A DNA stretch of 64,000 nucleotides, taken from assembly GCA_965214405.1 (NCBI GenBank), contig OZ243956.1:224001-288000 (forward strand), in the 5' to 3' direction. Of this stretch, positions 62,038-64,000 are shown in pieces; within the stretch, counting starts at the first letter, position 1; the number at the start of each line of letters is the position of its first letter. The notes under the pieces are model-generated. The model was not told the origin of the DNA and did not search any database. It saw nothing but the letters and a program-made list of their open reading frames with translations. Both the position numbers and the translations under genes were made by a program. This DNA comes from Trueperaceae bacterium. GTDB taxonomy: Bacteria; Deinococcota; Deinococci; Deinococcales; Trueperaceae.

Positions 62038-63012
62038 TCACCCTCGAGCCTCCTCACTCCTGTCATGCGCGGGGGCCACGTCGGGCGTTAAAGCGGTTAG
62101 CTCAGCGCGCATTTCGGGCGTCATGACGAAGTCGGCGGCAGCCAGGGAAGGCTCCAACTGCTCCACATTCCGCGCTCCTATTATCGGCGCGGTAACCGCC
62201 GGATGCGATCCGGCCCACGCTACCGCCAGGGTGACCGGATGCACGTCATGGTCTTCCGCATAGGCGGTGAAACGTTCGGCCACTTCATAGTATTTGGCGT
62301 CGCCATAGCGTTTGGCGTACATGGTGTTCTCGACCAACCGACCCTGCTCAGGCTTGCCCTGCGTGCTGTATTTGCCCGTCAGCAACCCGCCTCCCAAAGG
62401 GCTGTAGGGGATGACGCCAAGCCCCTCCGAAAGGGCCATCGGCAAAATCTCCACTTCCGCCTGACGCTTGGCGAGGCTGTACATAGGCTGGACGAGTTCA
62501 AAGCGGGCGAGGCGTTCTTTAGCAGCAATCCCCAACGCCTTCATAATTTGCCACGCCGCCCAGTTGCTCACCGCAGGGTAGAGGATGAGGCCGCGGTGAA
62601 CGAGGTCATCCAAGGCGCGCAAAGTCTCCTCGACGGGCGTGTCTGCGTCGAACTGATGCACGAAGTAGAACTCGAGCCGGTCCGTCTTGAGACGTTTCAA
62701 ACTGTCCTCAACCGCCCTGGTGATGTGACGGCGCGACAGCCCTCTCGCATTCACGTCTTCGCCCACCTTGCCGAACACCTTACTGGTGATGATGAGGTCG
62801 TCGCGCATGTCCGCAATGAGGTCGCCCAAAATCTCTTCTGAACGCCCCCCCGCGTAAACGTTGGCGGAGTCAAAGAAGTTGATGCCTGTATCCAGGCAAC
62901 GCCCAAACATCCGCGCGGATTCGGCCTCGTCGGCGGTGTCGCCAAAGGACATGGTGCCGAAGCAGAGGTTCGAAACTTTAACGCCGGTGCGACCCACAGG
63001 TTTATAGTTCAT
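62038..63012 (-). CDS. Aldo/keto reductase
   Basis: LCFGTMSFG, FDSANVY, YSPLGGGLLTGKY, IIGAR. Confidence 0.93.
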   Translation of the reverse strand: MNYKPVGRTGVKVSNLCFGTMSFGDTADEAESARMFGRCLDTGINFFDSANVYAGGRSEEILGDLIADMRDDLIITSKVFGKVGEDVNARGLSRRHITRAVEDSLKRLKTDRLEFYFVHQFDADTPVEETLRALDDLVHRGLILYPAVSNWAAWQIMKALGIAAKERLARFELVQPMYSLAKRQAEVEILPMALSEGLGVIPYSPLGGGLLTGKYSTQGKPEQGRLVENTMYAKRYGDAKYYEVAERFTAYAEDHDVHPVTLAVAWAGSHPAVTAPIIGARNVEQLEPSLAAADFVMTPEMRAELTALTPDVAPAHDRSEEARG

Positions 63013-63287
63013 GGGTCAGCCTACCAGACGAGAGGCCTATAGAGTTGTTAACCCGTAGCGGTTAATGTCGTCGGTATAAGCAGAATTTCGGGCAGTCCAA
63101 CCGAGCGCTTGTAAAGCTCGAGCTTTCTGACAGAAGCCCGTATGGATACCTCTCACACTCAAGGTTTTGCGATAAGAGTTTTGTAAGAAGCTTTCCTCTA
63201 CCCTACGTTCAGGGTTGGCGATACGTGCCCCGCCAACTCGAGCGCCCGGCTGTCACTACCTCCGACGACCGGGCACTTTTTTGGTTT

Positions 63288-64000
63288 TTAGAGCTTGAGG
63301 TCGTCCTTAGAACCAGACGTGGACGGGCTCGAGCGGCGGGAAGGCGCGTTCACCCTCGCCCTCGCGTTGGCCGTCACGTCTCCTAGCGCCTCCACCTTTA
63401 ACCCTTCCGTGGCCTCCGCGACCTGCGCGTCGCGCACGCGGTCAAGGTAAGTTTTGGACTTGTCGATTTCGGCGGAGAGCACGTTGACGGTTTCTTTCAT
63501 CGCGCCAAGCGCGGCCACGCGGTACTCGGTCACCGCGTCCATCACGGCGTAAACGTTCTGAAACGCCTTTTGAAGCTGCTGCACGTCGACCGCGCTTCCC
63601 GCGGCCTGCGCGTGAACGTCGGTAGATTGCTTCTTGAGCAGCGACGAGGTCGATTCGATGAGGTTGCCCGTGGTGGTGTTCAGCGCAGAAATCTGGTTTA
63701 GCACGAGCTTTTGGTTCGCCAGCCCCTGCGACACCATCACCGCGGTGCGCAAGGCCGAGACCGTGGTGGTCGAGGCGCGGTCGACGCCCTTAATGAGTTC
63801 CAAGTTGTTTTTGCGCACCAGGTCGAGCGCCAAATACCCCTGGATGCTCACGGCAAGTTGCGTCTGCAAATCCTGCACCTTTTGCCGCACGTAAAAAAGC
63901 ATCTCCTCTTTGACCACTCGAGCCTTTTCGGGCTCCGTGCGCTCTAGTTCCGTCACCCGCGCTTCCAGCGCCACGTCCACCTTTTTGGCGAGGTAGATGT
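63288..64000 (-). CDS. Toxic anion (tellurite) resistance TelA/KlaB family protein, 5' end outside the window
   Basis: Coiled-coil QDLQTQLAVSIQG..NNLELIKGVDRA..TTVSALRTAV. Confidence 0.8.
   Translation of the reverse strand, partial: IYLAKKVDVALEARVTELERTEPEKARVVKEEMLFYVRQKVQDLQTQLAVSIQGYLALDLVRKNNLELIKGVDRASTTTVSALRTAVMVSQGLANQKLVLNQISALNTTTGNLIESTSSLLKKQSTDVHAQAAGSAVDVQQLQKAFQNVYAVMDAVTEYRVAALGAMKETVNVLSAEIDKSKTYLDRVRDAQVAEATEGLKVEALGDVTANARARVNAPSRRSSPSTSGSKDDLKL

Noticed and set aside
63040..63285. Possible small RNA or omega-RNA-like element between the aldo/keto reductase and telA-like genes
   Set aside because: Hairpins are present but the strand is ambiguous, and they are explained as the telA terminator and a promoter region; no IscB/TnpB gene nearby.

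Overview
GC-rich bacterial chromosome window, most likely Deinococcota (Truepera/Deinococcus-like). This is inferred from the protein styles, PilA4-type pilins, leaderless -10 promoters and a probable CTG start of rpsL. Layout: 1-9.1 kb cytochrome c maturation/Rieske genes, acyl-ACP desaturase, alr and a glycine-betaine ABC system; 9.2-11.1 kb a small accessory islet (orphan MazF, CcbP-like gene, attC-like hairpin, VapBC); 11-23 kb metabolism; 23.4-30.6 kb a surface/pilin glycosylation locus ending in a type IV pilin; 30.6-39.4 kb an accessory island; 39.4 kb SRP RNA; 39.7-60.4 kb the complete str-S10-spc-alpha ribosomal superoperon; then three housekeeping genes. The standout is at 30.66-37.05 kb: eight two-gene type II toxin-antitoxin modules in both orientations, most with their own -10 promoter. 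They are separated by nine co-oriented modular repeat blocks built on the palindrome CTCGAG, sit between two convergent type IV pilin genes, and have no integrase or transposase in the window. The arrangement looks like an integron-analogous cassette array with an unfamiliar repeat. CTCGAG is also strongly over-represented across the window (HIP1-like). Other leads are an orphan two-repeat CRISPR-like mini-array ending in ATTGAAAG at 21.6 kb, a MITE-like element that splits a DUF433 gene and recurs in the ribosomal operon, and repeat-expanded tails on L15 and L29. All calls are by eye; no database searches were run.
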